64,000 nt of DNA from NCBI GenBank assembly GCA_028534125.1, contig CM052818.1, positions 47,990,001-48,054,000 of the forward strand, given 5' to 3'. The translations under genes were made by a program, and so were the position numbers. How positions within the stretch are numbered: position 1 is the stretch's first letter; each line of letters opens with the position of its first letter. Shown piece after piece: positions 38,129 through 49,427 of this stretch. Source of the stretch: Lama glama. Its lineage: Eukaryota. The notes under the pieces are model-generated. The model had not been told where the DNA came from. It worked only from the letters and a program-made list of their open reading frames with translations, and searched no databases.

Positions 38129-39149
38129 CATATTAAGGATAGTTGATTCACTTTAAAAGTTAATATTTCATCCAGGTACATTGAGTGAGGTCTGTAGTTC
38201 ATAAACCTGCAAGTTGATAAATATCTGTATGTTCTTTGCCCCCAAGCAGCATGGACACGTAGAATTAGAAAATAAGAAAGCTGGCCCTCAAGATTCTAAA
38301 TGTGAGAAAAGAATTAAAATGCACAGATATTTAACTTCTAGTAGGTTTGTGAACTGCTGACCCGCATGGTGTATTCAGCTGAAATATCAATGAAGATTTT
38401 GTCAGCTTCTGAATGTATGTTTAGTTGTATAATCATCCAAACCAACTAGCAAATTGCAATGTCTAGGAATCATCTGCTCTCTCTTCAGTCACAGGGGTGG
38501 AAATTGCAAAACTTCATGTGGACTTTTCACTAAGGAGGCCAAAGGTGTTCCTTTAGGAAAGGTCATAGCTGAATTTTTGACCCATGGTTCTGCACTAAAC
38601 AAATCTAAGGCTCAGCAAACAGAGATGGTTTCCCACAGGAAAGGCACAGGATCGCTTCCTGCTTCAAGGCTCTCCGCAGACCGGCTCCCGATGCTGCCAG
38701 ACACCATTTCCGATCGCTGCACATGTGTTTATTTGCATGTGAGAGGATTAGTCACATGTTTCCCAAATCACAGGTTTTAGTCTCAGAAGTGTGCTTAGGA
38801 GATTACATCCCTAAATTAATATGGAAAGCGATGCTCTGTGAACACAGCAGATGAGCGACTCAGGAACTCAACTCTTTCATTCCCACTCAATTATCTCTTT
38901 AGTTTCTATACACCCAGCATACCCTATCACTAGCTATTCTTGAAGGGTTTCTCAAAACAGCTTATGAGAATGTTACAACAGCAAAGAAAAACACCTAAAG
39001 ACTAATAATAAACATTAATGGTTGATAGCTATTGTTTTATATCCGATTGCAAATGGTCAAATGGGATTTCTTCACTCGAGAAAAATAAGGTTACTACAAA
39101 AGAGAGGATTTGACTATTAAAACCTTTGATTACGAAAGAGTAATGCTGA

Positions 39150-39296
39150 GGGGGCAAAGAGCATAGCTCAGTGGTAGAGTGCGTGCTCAGCATGCATGAA
39201 GTCGTGGGCTCAATCCCCTGTACCTCCATTAAATAGATAAATGAATAAATAAACCTAATTACCTCTTCCCTCCAAAAAAATCCCACACAAAACAAA
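39150..39296 (+). mobile_element. Vic-1-type camelid SINE (tRNA-Ala-derived)
   Basis: A box tagctcagtgg; tRNA-Ala-like body agagtgcgtgctcagcatgcatgaagtcgtgggctcaatcccctgtacctcc; tail aaataaataaacctaattacctc plus A-rich end. Confidence 0.9.
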
Positions 39297-39784
39297 AGAG
39301 AGGTGCCTTGTTTATGATTTCAACAACAAAGTGGACTCACTAAGGGGAAACGCTAAAGCAAAACACTGAGCAGGGGTGAAAACTGCCAATTCAGCAGAAG
39401 GACAGATTTTGTTTGCTCTCAGATGCAGCTGCTACTGCAGGGCTCGGTTTTAGAAGAGGCAGTGGCACCGGAGAGTTTAAGGATATATTTGCACCTGGGA
39501 CCAAAGCTCTGGAAGCTTACTGCCAAAAGAGCAGTTTTCACATGAAAAGACAACACACAGGATCAGAGGTATGGAAAGGTCATAGGACTGAGGTTCATGT
39601 ACTCATTGATTTTCTTGCCTAGATTTTAGTGATCTTGACATAAACCAAACATGGAAAGATGGGCAATGAATTCATCTGAGTTTGTAGGCTGCATCAAGGG
39701 CAGACAATGAGTCACAGTGCAGGGCCAGCGTTTTAGGGAAGGGACTAGGAAGTAAGGATGGACAAAAAGGGGGTGGAGGTAATA

Positions 39785-39965
39785 TCAGACCGGTGCCCAC
39801 AACGTGTTAGGCTTGGCTTTTTTGATTCTCACAGGAACCCTCTGGGTAGAGTGTGATTATGCATTTCTACATTTCAGGCACTGACTCACGTCAGAGATAA
39901 GGAAGAACCTTTAGGCCACACAGCTGGTAATTGATGGAGCAGAAGTGAAAAACCAGCTCTCAGCT
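39785..39965 (-). mobile_element. MIR SINE
   Basis: ttgattctcacaggaaccctctgggtagagtgtgattatgc...ggccacacagctggtaattgatggagcag. Confidence 0.65.
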
Positions 39966-40309
39966 GATTGCAACGTCTCCCCACCATGCCCCGCCTTCCC
40001 CACGTTGGGATGTGCAGGGCACGAACACATCTTCACTAGCAGGTGCTGGGACCAAGCCGTGAACCTTCCATGCTGGAAGTCCATGAAACCTCCCTGTGAC
40101 AGGTCAGCTCATGGCAGCAAAGAGTCCCACAACTGAAACTGACTTACAAGGGGCCTGAAGCTATAAAGCAATTATTGGTAAACTGGAGCTTGGGGTTAGG
40201 GTTAAGGTTTAGGACAAGGTCTTGGTTATAGGAAGCGTTAAAAAATCAAATCAAAACAAAACATGTTGGGCCAGTCAGAGCAACGACCAAAGAGGGTTGC
40301 TGGGGTCTC

Positions 40310-40930
40310 GGACACTCGGGTCTAGAGGAGACCTAAGGTTAGTTGGGTTCGGCTACCCTCAAACTCCGTAGTACTGCCAGCAGACGGTCCGCTAAAGCTT
40401 GCGTGAGGACCCTACTGAGCAGCCCCCTAGGGAGCCCACTTTCTTTATGCCCCTTAATGATTAGAAATTGTCTTCTTCATTTTGGGTAGGGCCCAATGCT
40501 CTCTATCAGGCATCCTTACTGCCCTTGTTTCTCTGGGCTCAAGAATGGTGTCTGGACACTGGAACAGGATGATGATTACTAGCGGGAGTTACGTAGCCTG
40601 ATGAGGAGTTTGGGGCCACGCAGGGGCAAGGCACCAGGAAGGTGTCCACACGTGGCTTCATTTTGCAGAAGAAAATGGGGATACACAACAATGGGAGAGT
40701 TTGTAGAGTGAGTTTATATGAGCGGGGATTAGTGTCAAGAGTGTTTAACTTCTTAACTTGTTTCTACAACCACATGTTACCAAGATCATCACAGGTGGAC
40801 ATTGCTACTTAAGAACCTAAAGCTTGTCCACAGTGTTGTTCCAGGCTGATGATGATAAGTTCTACGTGAAGTCCTCCTTAGAAAGCATTCTATTAGCTGC
40901 TCCAGTCCCCATCCCAAGTACACTTGTGCC
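40310..40930 (-). mobile_element. L3/CR1 LINE fragments
   Basis: gggtctagaggagacctaaggttag...gggagcccactttctttatgccccttaatgattagaaattgtcttcttca and ccagtccccatcccaagtacacttgtgc resemble antisense L3 3' sequence. Confidence 0.5.
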
Positions 40931-41815
40931 TGTTCCTCACGCTCGAGTTTGTGCTGTTTTGTTCTCTGGACTAGGGCATCAGATCTTTCTTCTCACAAGG
41001 TCTCTGGATGAACTGAGCCATCTTCTTGCAAAGTGGGACAATCCTCCCTCAAGCCTCTTTGGGAGTCTCCTTTCTTCCCACAATGTGTGTTTCATCTCTC
41101 TCTCTCTTTTTTTTTTTCATTTTGATCTGGTAACAGCATTGATCAGACTTGCGAAGTACGTCCATTTTCCATACAGGGGAAGGATTCTTTTGTTGTTTCT
41201 GTCTTCCAGACACATGTTTATAAATCTCCTCATGCCTGTTCTTGTAAATAAATGTCGTGTCCCTCCTTTTCTTATTTAAAGAAAGATGCATCATGGTAGT
41301 GTGTTTTTTTAAAAATCTATTTTAGCTGGTAATAGAGTCCTAGCAAATTTGAAATTCTTGCCTCACCTTCTGCGTTCTTATTTGTTTTTTTTTTTCATTG
41401 ACTTTTAAATAAGAGGAGAAGCTGGCAAGGATGGTCTTTACCACCTCCAAGGTTACAAGTCCTCTGAGGCATCACATATAAGAGACCCACAGAGGAGTGT
41501 CTCCTTCGAGCATTCACACTGACTAGTACTGCTTCATGAGTAGGTTCATTAAAAGAATAGATGTGTCTGTTGTTGATAAACTATAAGACATCCTCTTTAA
41601 TACCACTGTAATTTCCAGCACTTGTAAACTAGTTAAAACGACACAGGCAGTTGGAGGTGTGCTATGGAAAACAAGTGAAAGCAAAGGCTTAGTATTTCTA
41701 ATTATGTGGTTGTGCAAGGACATGACACGCTTTCCGTTTTGGTGAGGGAGGGGAGAGGGTGTGTCTCCCATGCCTTGTCCGGTGACATTTCATTCACACC
41801 AAAAAGCAGGGTTGA

Positions 41816-41967
41816 GGGGGGAGGGTATAGCTCAAGTGGTAGAGCGCATGCTTAGCATGCACGTGGTCCTGTGTTCAATCCCCAGGACCTCCTCTAAAAT
41901 AAGTAAATAAATAAACCTAATTGTCTCCCCACTTAAAAAACCAAAAACTAAAAACAAAAAACAAAAC
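41816..41967 (+). mobile_element. Vic-1-type camelid SINE (tRNA-Ala(AGC)-derived)
   Basis: ggggggagggtatagctcaagtggtagagcgcatgcttagcatgcacgtggtcctgtgttcaatccccaggacctcc, then aaataaataaacctaatt and an A-rich tail. Confidence 0.92.
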
Positions 41968-41977
41968 AGTATTGAAT

Positions 41978-42175
41978 ACAGGATGATTATGGATTAAATA
42001 CAGATGGCCAGTTAAATTTGAATTTCAGATAAACAAGAAATAAGTTTACATATAAATATTTTCCAAATAGGACACGGGACATACTTATGCTGAAAAACTC
42101 TGTATTTGTTGTTTATCCAAAATTCAAATTTAACTGGGCATCCTGTATGCTTACTTGCTAAATCTAGCGACCCTA
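41978..42175. mobile_element. MER53 palindromic hAT-type non-autonomous element
   Basis: ccagttaaatttgaatttcagataaacaa...gggacatacttat...ttgttgtttatccaaaattcaaatttaactggg...tgctaaatctagcgacccta; a long internal inverted repeat is directly visible. Confidence 0.88.
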
Positions 42176-42304
42176 AAAATGAGTTGGTTGATACCAAAAA
42201 GTAAAATATGTGTTAGTGCCCCTCAAAACAAAATATGCCTTCATGGCAATCTAGAATTATTGTCATAATTTGATGTTATAATCTATATCTGTGGAGTTTC
42301 CAAA

Positions 42305-42470
42305 AGGCTTACATAAACATTATCCATGAACAAGATAAACCTAATTGTTCCCATTCTACAGGTGAGGAAATAGATGTCCATAACGGTCGAGAGAACTGCC
42401 CCAGAGTCAAAACGGTCCATAGGAGATGGAACCAAAACTAGCGCCGAGGTCTTTTGCTTCCTAATCCATA
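42305..42470 (-). mobile_element. MIR SINE
   Basis: ttgttcccattctacaggtgaggaaatagatg...gaactgccccagagtca. Confidence 0.7.
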
Positions 42471-42479
42471 TTTCTCGGT

Positions 42480-44160
42480 TGACTTAAAGGTAATTGATTG
42501 GATTATACATGATTTAATCCATGTACTCATATTAGTCACAATCACCATCCCTGGGCAGTAATTCTATTTTTTGGCAATAGCCGCTCTGCTTTGAATTGAA
42601 AATGACCAAGCAAGCGTCTGAATCCAACTGCGCGCAGGAAGCAACGTGGACCGTGTTGGAAGCTCTGTATTAATATGCACAGCATGGCACGAGATAGCTG
42701 GTTGTTGGTGACATTTCCCCACCATTTCTGGAGACGTCTGTAACTTTATATATATTTGATGTGTTTCCATTTCCCGTACAAGTGGCAGTGTAATCTGGTG
42801 TCAAGTAACTACGTGGTTGTTAAGAATAATTCTCAGGCACTGTTGGTTTTCTAGCCGAGGAAAGATGAAAGTAACTTCATGACACTTCCATCCCCAGATC
42901 TGGAGAAGAGTCTCCTATCTGGCTGCATTTGCAGGGCTGGCACTCACAGAAACACAGACTTTTCACTTAAAATTCTGCCCTTCTGTGAGACACTGAGTGA
43001 TGATCTTGGAACCAGACAGAATTGACCGGAATTTGTGAAAAGGTAATCAGCTATTCCTTGCCGACTGAAACCAGTGACTATATGTACACATTTCTTTGAG
43101 AATCTGTTCTTTTTGTTGCAGAACAGATGTCTGGGAGGTTTTTGGCAGGCCCCACTCCGTCAAACAGTCCAGTTTTGACAGTTTCTTGCTTGAGGGATGG
43201 CTGAAATGCAAAGTATTTCTGAGCAGAATATCATAGTCATCTGGCTGTTAATTACTGTGTCTGCCTTGGTATAAATAATTAATTATGCAAACCCCACACA
43301 GCTGCTGCTGGATGGAGTTAAGTGACTTGCTGTCAGTCTCACAGTTCTGGGAAGGAAAGGGGAATTTAGAAAAACACGCTCTGTCACTGTGGGGAGGCGA
43401 CACCCGTCAAGGTCCTTCTGTGGTCAGATGAAAGATCATTGTAACCGAGTATGGGGGGTGTGTGTGTGTGTGTTTCAAATAAGTGAATAATATCTCCTAA
43501 TTTATATTAATTGGCCCAAAAAGCAATTTCCTTTCCTAGTTAAGTAGTGGCTTTCTAGGAATCCAAACACAACGTCGGAGAATCATTACAGATCTGGTTC
43601 CTGAATCCTTCTCATTTGTCATCACATTCGTAAGTCTCAGCTGTTCAAGATGCTCCCTGAAGCAGAACATTTAGGTCACACTGAGTAAGGTAAACTTTTT
43701 TTTTTTTTAAATCTCCAGGAAGGCACTGACACTACCAGCTCATTCCATTCATATTGCAGATTTATGCAAGTTTCACCAATCTGGTCAGTAATGAATACAC
43801 AAATGTCGAGAGTGCTCGGAACTGATAATGCATCCATTAATTTTTTTTTCTCTCTTTCCATTAATGGACTCAAGTGCAAATGATTTCTCTATGCTTAGCT
43901 CTAACTAGATGGATATAGGCTAAGTGCTCATTCTGTGTAACTTTTTCTTTTCCTTTTTTTTTTCTTTTTTGGCCAAATAGCATTGCATGTAGCAACAGTG
44001 AGAGAAAAAAGGGGGTTAGAAAAACACCTCTAAAACCAAGGCTTTCAAGGATTTATCAGATGGTTTTGTTTTGTGCAAATATTGACATTGCTGTGATGAA
44101 GCAAACGTCCAGAGCTTACAAAGAATGTTGGGAAGACGAGCAGCAGAATCTCCCTCGAGC
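42480..44160. promoter_or_regulatory. Repeat-poor block, candidate cluster of conserved non-coding elements
   Basis: About 1.7 kb with no recognisable interspersed repeat; inverted GGATTA/TAATCC pair at 42500-42520; TAATTAATTATGCAAA at ~43276-43291; further TAAT/ATTA and ATGCAA motifs. Confidence 0.35.
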
Positions 44161-44174
44161 AGCAGCTGTGGTGG

Positions 44175-44370
44175 CGTGGACACTGGTGGTGGGCCCGGCG
44201 CCACGGGCTCTGGGCTCTCTCACGTCCCAGCTGGATAATTTAGGGCAGTTCATAAAAGGCTTAGGAAACTTCCTCTTCTGCTCTCACCCAGGATCGCCGA
44301 TAGAATTAAATGAGATCATCAGTATGAGGGCACTTTGCCAACGAGGATGCTGTGTGAAAATATAGAATAT
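44175..44370 (+). mobile_element. MIR SINE
   Basis: ggctctggctctcttcacgtcccagctggataatttagggcagtt...agaattaaatgagatcatcagtatgagggcactttg. Confidence 0.55.
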
Positions 44371-44454
44371 CATCCCACCTTCAGCAGTTAGGCATTGGGC
44401 GTGGAGGGCTAATGATGCACCTGCTCGATACATCTCTTCCTTATTAATCCACCT

Positions 44455-44760
44455 CCTCATTTATTCAGCCAGCAAGATTTTGTTGTCTATTATTCACACA
44501 CTAGGAGCTGCTGTGATGAAAAAGACAGAAGTAGCCCCTACCTTTGTGGAGCTCACAGTCTGAGCATACATGAGAAAAATAATTACAAATCGAGTTAAGT
44601 GCTAAGAAGAAAACGGAATGAGGCAGGGGGTGGAGAGGGGGTGAGGGTGCAGTTTTAGGGAGGGCACTCAGGAAAGCCACGAAGGGGAAACCTAATTCTT
44701 AAAACACCCGGATGAGGAGATGGACTCGGCCATGCAAGTGCCAAGGTCCCCAAATGCCAA
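44455..44760 (-). mobile_element. L2 3' end
   Basis: ctcatttattcagccagcaag...gtgatgaaaaagacagaagtagcccctacctttgtggagctcacagtct...tcaggaaagcc. Confidence 0.75.
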
Positions 44761-46099
44761 TGCGCTCTGCCCGCGGGCAGTGGGGGACGCTGGCCGGACT
44801 GTTTCAGGCAGAGGGTGCGATGGGGCATGAAACCCACCCATCTCCCTCTTCTTATTAGATCACAGGACAAAACTTCAGCACACAACATCTCTGTGATTTT
44901 CATTTTACAAGACGTAGCGTGTGGCTTTAATCGGTTTGATTTTCTTGACGGAACAATTAGGTTGTTCTTGCTTGGAGAAAATTGGTGTTGTACAGAAAAA
45001 TGGGTGAAAAAATCCCAAGGTGTGTGCCTTTAAGGAACTACACATCTGAAATATCTGCATTGGTTTAGTTTTCTTTCCTGGTGGACTCCAACCTAATGCT
45101 TTTCAAAGCCTCGTTACACCTTATAGAACAAACCGTTGACAATACATGGGAGGTAAAGAAAATGAGAGCTTCCTTTAAGTCCTTGTATGTGACACCTTTA
45201 ATATCAGATTCAACTAAATTTATATACTGTCAGACCAATTTTTCACTGGCACCGATATTAAGAGTTGTATTTAAATAAAACATCTGCTAAGATGAGAAGT
45301 CAGCACACTTAAAAATTCTGGATTCTCTTTTGCTGAAAAAAGCAAATAATGTCCCATCTCCCTACACAGTCCTCCCTTCTTTGTGTGGAACGATTTAGAT
45401 AATTGTTTTTTTACTTTCCTGTATGTTAATGGTGATGCTGCATTCATGCCCAGATGTTTGAGCTGAAGGTAGCATCCGGATGGGTGTCTAAACATTGGGA
45501 GAACCTTGGTTCATTTTTCATTCCTCTTCCACCTGCCTTGAAAGTAAGGATTATTCATTAGAACCAAGCGGTCAACCAGGGGCATTCTCATGTTCCACCA
45601 GAGTCAGTCAAGAGACTTTGCCTCATGTTTAGAATAATTACTTCGGTGTGCCAAAGGTTAGAGTTTCTTAACAATGGCTCAATGTTGTAAATGCATCAGT
45701 ATCAGAGGCACTTATTAGAAACAATTATTCAGCCAAGGGTTGCAGATTGGTAAAGAGAGTACAGTTTAGTGCAAAATAATGTAACCTACAACCAGAGGAC
45801 CTGGTATCTTGTATCTTTTTTTCTCCCTTGTCTTAATGCTAGGAACATGATAAATGTGTCTGATTTAATAGTAAATAGTACAAAAGTTCTTATGTTGATA
45901 AACACCAGTTGGGTACTCCACCACACCCAACTCCAGCACCTCCTCAAAAAATTTCACCACATTTCATTTCAGTTCTGGTAGTTACCTTTGCATCTAAATA
46001 TGCTTATAATATTAAAACAGATGTTGATCATTAATTTCTAGTTACAAAAGATGGGACTTAAACTCACTTTGTTTCTTCATTTAATTATTCCACATTAAT

Positions 46100-46640
46100 G
46101 TCTCTGGTATTCTAATTTCTGAGAATATTAACAATGAAAAGACATGACAACTCTGTCCCTGTGGAGGTTACCTTCTAGGGGAGGAGACATATACAGATAG
46201 ACACACAATACAAGTCTACATAGTGATCAGTTCTGTAAAGAACAATTAAGAAGTACACGGAAGTGAAAAATTGAAATTATCCTATTTTAGGTAAGATGAC
46301 CATGGAGGGCATTTCTGATAAAGTAATACTAGTAATCTGAAGTAGTTAAATCTTTGGGAGAAGAGTCTTCCTGAAAGAAGGAACAGAAAATCTAAAATTG
46401 TGATAGGGAGTTTCTTTGTCATTTTCAAGGAGAAGCAAGGAGGGTTTGGGGCTGATGTGGGCCATTTGGCCACAGAATAGCACGTCAGAGAGAAAATGCT
46501 AAGCTCTTTGGGCTGGGGGTGTCCCAGGGACCGGCTCCAGGGGAAAACTGTAGGCAATTACTGCATATTCAAATTTATTCAAAGTTTGTGGGGAAACTGA
46601 AGAGTTTGGAGTAGAAGAGCTGAATAATTTGCCTTATTTA
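46100..46640 (-). mobile_element. L2 fragment
   Basis: acaatgaaaagacatgacaactctgtccctgtggaggttaccttctaggggaggagac...tgggaagaagagtcttcctgaaagaaggaacag...ggggaaactgaagagtttgg. Confidence 0.75.
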
Positions 46641-46644
46641 TGGA

Positions 46645-47290
46645 ACTGTAACAAATGTACAGTACTGTGCATACGTCAAGATGAAGCTTGATGGATTTTC
46701 ATGATGTGAACAAAACCCAGATTGAGAAATAGAAAATTAAGAGAACCCCAGATCCCTATCTGGGCTGCCTCCTAGTCACTTCTCACTCCTCCCTAAAGAC
46801 AACCACAATCTTGATCTTTATCAACATAGATTAGTTTTACCTATTTTTGAACTTTATGTAGAAAGAATGATGTAATATGTACATATTTGTGTCTGCTTAC
46901 ATTTACTTAACATTCTATTTCCTAATGCCATCCATGCTGCTGAATATGGCAGTTATTCATTATTTAATGGCTAGAGAAGTTTGTTAAAGTCTCCAGTTAG
47001 GACCATGGGTTTGTTACTATTTCTCTTTAATTCTATTAACAGTTGCTTTATGTATTTTGAAGCTGGGTTATTAAGTGCATACATGCTTAGTACTATTGTG
47101 TCTTCTTACTAATTCGACTCTATTGTTAATTGAAAATGTTCTCCTTACTTTTTAGTAGTATTTCTTGCCATAAAGTCTACATTGTCTTAAATTAGGGGAC
47201 ATGTACTACCTTTCTTTTGGTTATCTTTTTTCCTTTCTTTAGTTTTTATATTTCTCTTCGCTTATATTTAAATGAATATCTTTTAAGCTA
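46645..47290 (-). mobile_element. L1ME 3' fragment joined to an L1 ORF2 5' (endonuclease) fragment
   Basis: acagtactgtgcat...aaccacaatcttgatctttatcaacatagattagttttacctatttttgaacttt; then gttaaagtctccag...ttgctttatgtattttgaagctgggttattaagtgcatac. Confidence 0.8.
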
Positions 47291-47939
47291 TATATATTTT
47301 TGAAAATTCAATATTAATTGGCATAGTTTTTCTTTTATTAAACTTCATTAATTTTTTTGTTTGCTTAACTTTCATCATTTTTTCTCTTTTGGGGTATGAA
47401 CTAAATGGGCATTAAGCTCAGCGACATGAACTAGATGCTGCTCCATTGAAATTTTTATGTAACAATTAACTACTTTATGTGACATCAAGAATATGGCAAA
47501 CAAATATAATGATGTTTTCATTTTTACAAAGAGGTAGATAATACCACCAACACACAAGTATTATATACTGCTGTGCTTACCAAATAAAAGAATGAATTTA
47601 ATGTAAAGTATGTGATAAATACCAGGTTATTATTATACTAATTTGGTATACATTTACCACAATTTCTATTAAATTTGCTTAATTACATTTTCTTTACATA
47701 GCATATCAATGATGAATGGCATTGACAGATTCTTCATTTACAAAACACAAGTTGATGTCACTACCCTTGATGAGGGGGGAACATTTGGGTGCAGAATTTA
47801 CACACTGTGAGAACAAAGCAATCTTTATCAGGATGTGAAGTGATAAAGCTGTTATGCTCTTAACTGTGAAGAAATGGGAAATTAGTCTCATAAGAGCTTT
47901 CTATCTACTGGTAGAAAAGTTGGAAATATATTTACTTGG

Positions 47940-48560
47940 TGTCTTAAATTAAATACAATCCTATATGGTTTTTAACCAGTACCCTTTGAGTTGTCATCCA
48001 AGGACATACAAAAGGATCAAAATCAAGAAAGTTATGAATTGACCAAAACAATGGATAAACCAAGTTACAGTTAAACTGGACTAGGTATTAGGACCCATAC
48101 TTAAAACAAAGACAACCAGTTACAGAAGTACTGGTAAGAGGGGAGAGCTGGCTTAGCATCAGACATTTGAACATGTTTTATGAGTTTTATATGAGCTCAT
48201 AAAACTGAAGTAAAGATGTTTAAACAGCCCAATGTGGTTTCCAAATAAATCAACGTGACGTGAGGTTGAGTCACTCTAAGCACAGTGTGGGGAGAGAGGT
48301 GAGTACAGGCTGCCGGGTGATCAGAAGTTAGATTCCCTGTACAGGTTGCCACTCTGTGCCTGTCGGTTGTTCACAGAAGGATGGCCAGCATGGAGAAAGA
48401 ATTAAAGCCATTCCATATAAGAAACGGGGAAAGATATTTCTCCCCTTTATCTTGGAGATTCAGGGGCAAAAGCTGAAGCAGTGCACGTCATAGAAGAATA
48501 ATGGCTTTCTTGGATCAACTGGATGGGATGGGAACAAAAAAGCTTGGACTTCGATGATTT
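47940..48560 (+). mobile_element. L3/CR1 LINE fragment
   Basis: aaagacaaccagttacagaagtactggtaagaggggagagctggcttagcatcag and ttcacagaaggatggccagcatggagaaagaattaaagccattccatataagaaacgg follow the L3 RT 3' region. Confidence 0.6.
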
Positions 48561-48659
48561 CTTAACTTGTTTTTAAGTTGATAGTAAGAACCAACAGCTA
48601 AAAACATGTGTGAATGTTAATTACCATTAAGACTTTGTCTAAGTAGCTACCTAACACCT

Positions 48660-48850
48660 GGAAAACAGCGTGAAAACACAGTTACAGAGGTATGGGTTTG
48701 CATCCAGGTCTTACCCTTAAACTGCTTTGTCACTTTCTGATTTATCCTCTCTCAATCTCAGGCTCCTAATTTGAAAAAAATAAGGACAGTATTCCTTACA
48801 TGGAAGGTTTTTGTAAGAATTAAATGACCTAAATTAAGTGTAATGGGGAT
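48660..48850 (+). mobile_element. MIR SINE
   Basis: tgggtttgcatccaggtc...ctctctcaatctcaggctcctaatttgaaaaaa...ggtttttgtaagaattaaatga. Confidence 0.7.
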
Positions 48851-48929
48851 AACATTTCTGTAAAATTGCCTTATCTATGAGGCTGGAGTGGGTAAGGAGG
48901 ACATCAACGCTAAACAGTAGTGGACACTA

Positions 48930-49427
48930 GTTACAGGTAATGAAAACCATTTTACTGTCTACTGTAATAAGAGTCCAGCGTAAGCTGAGCTCATCTTTGG
49001 TCTGTGCGGAAGTGACTGGGTGTTTTACAGGGAGAATGAAGGATTAGGGAGGGGGAGGAGTGAAGACTGAGCAGTCAGGGAAGTGGAAATCAACAAATAG
49101 CAGGAAGGGGTGTTGGTCCAGGAAGCCCATCTGGGTTTGCTAACTAACATATGGAAAGTGGGCTTCTGCCTCCACAAAACAGTCAATTCTTTTGGAAGCC
49201 CCAAGGTCTCCCGGGCAGGAGCGCACGGGGCTGGGGGATCGCTGAGCTCAGGCTGGGGACACGGTCTCGAGCTGTTAGAAATGTGCCAGGTCTCTCAGTT
49301 TGGGTGGGAGGCAGAGACAAAGTTACTTGTGCTGAGACTGCATTCCTGACAGGGCAAGATCGAGGCCCATTGAGAAGAGGGTTCAGAGGGGCCTGCGTTT
49401 GATCAAGAAGAGCAAGCATAGACGGCA
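48930..49427 (-). mobile_element. ERV1 solo LTR, MER31/MER67-like
   Basis: End gggcaagatcgaggcccattgagaagagggttcagaggggcctgcgtttgatcaagaagag matches the reverse complement of the MER31/67 start as I recall it; tactgtaataagag...gctgagctcatct lies near the other end. Confidence 0.65.

Noticed and set aside
41816..41892. tRNA-Ala(AGC) gene (also 39150-39227)
   Set aside because: It has an extra G-run at the 5' end, mismatched stems, and a SINE-specific AT-rich tail with poly-A. It is a Vic-1-type SINE.
43121..43629. Plus-strand candidate exons (acceptor ending 43120; donor gtaagt at 43630)
   Set aside because: The open frames (TDVWEVFGRPHS…, IQTQRRRIITDLVPESFSFVITF) match nothing I can identify, and a faint resemblance to collagen N-terminal motifs is not convincing.
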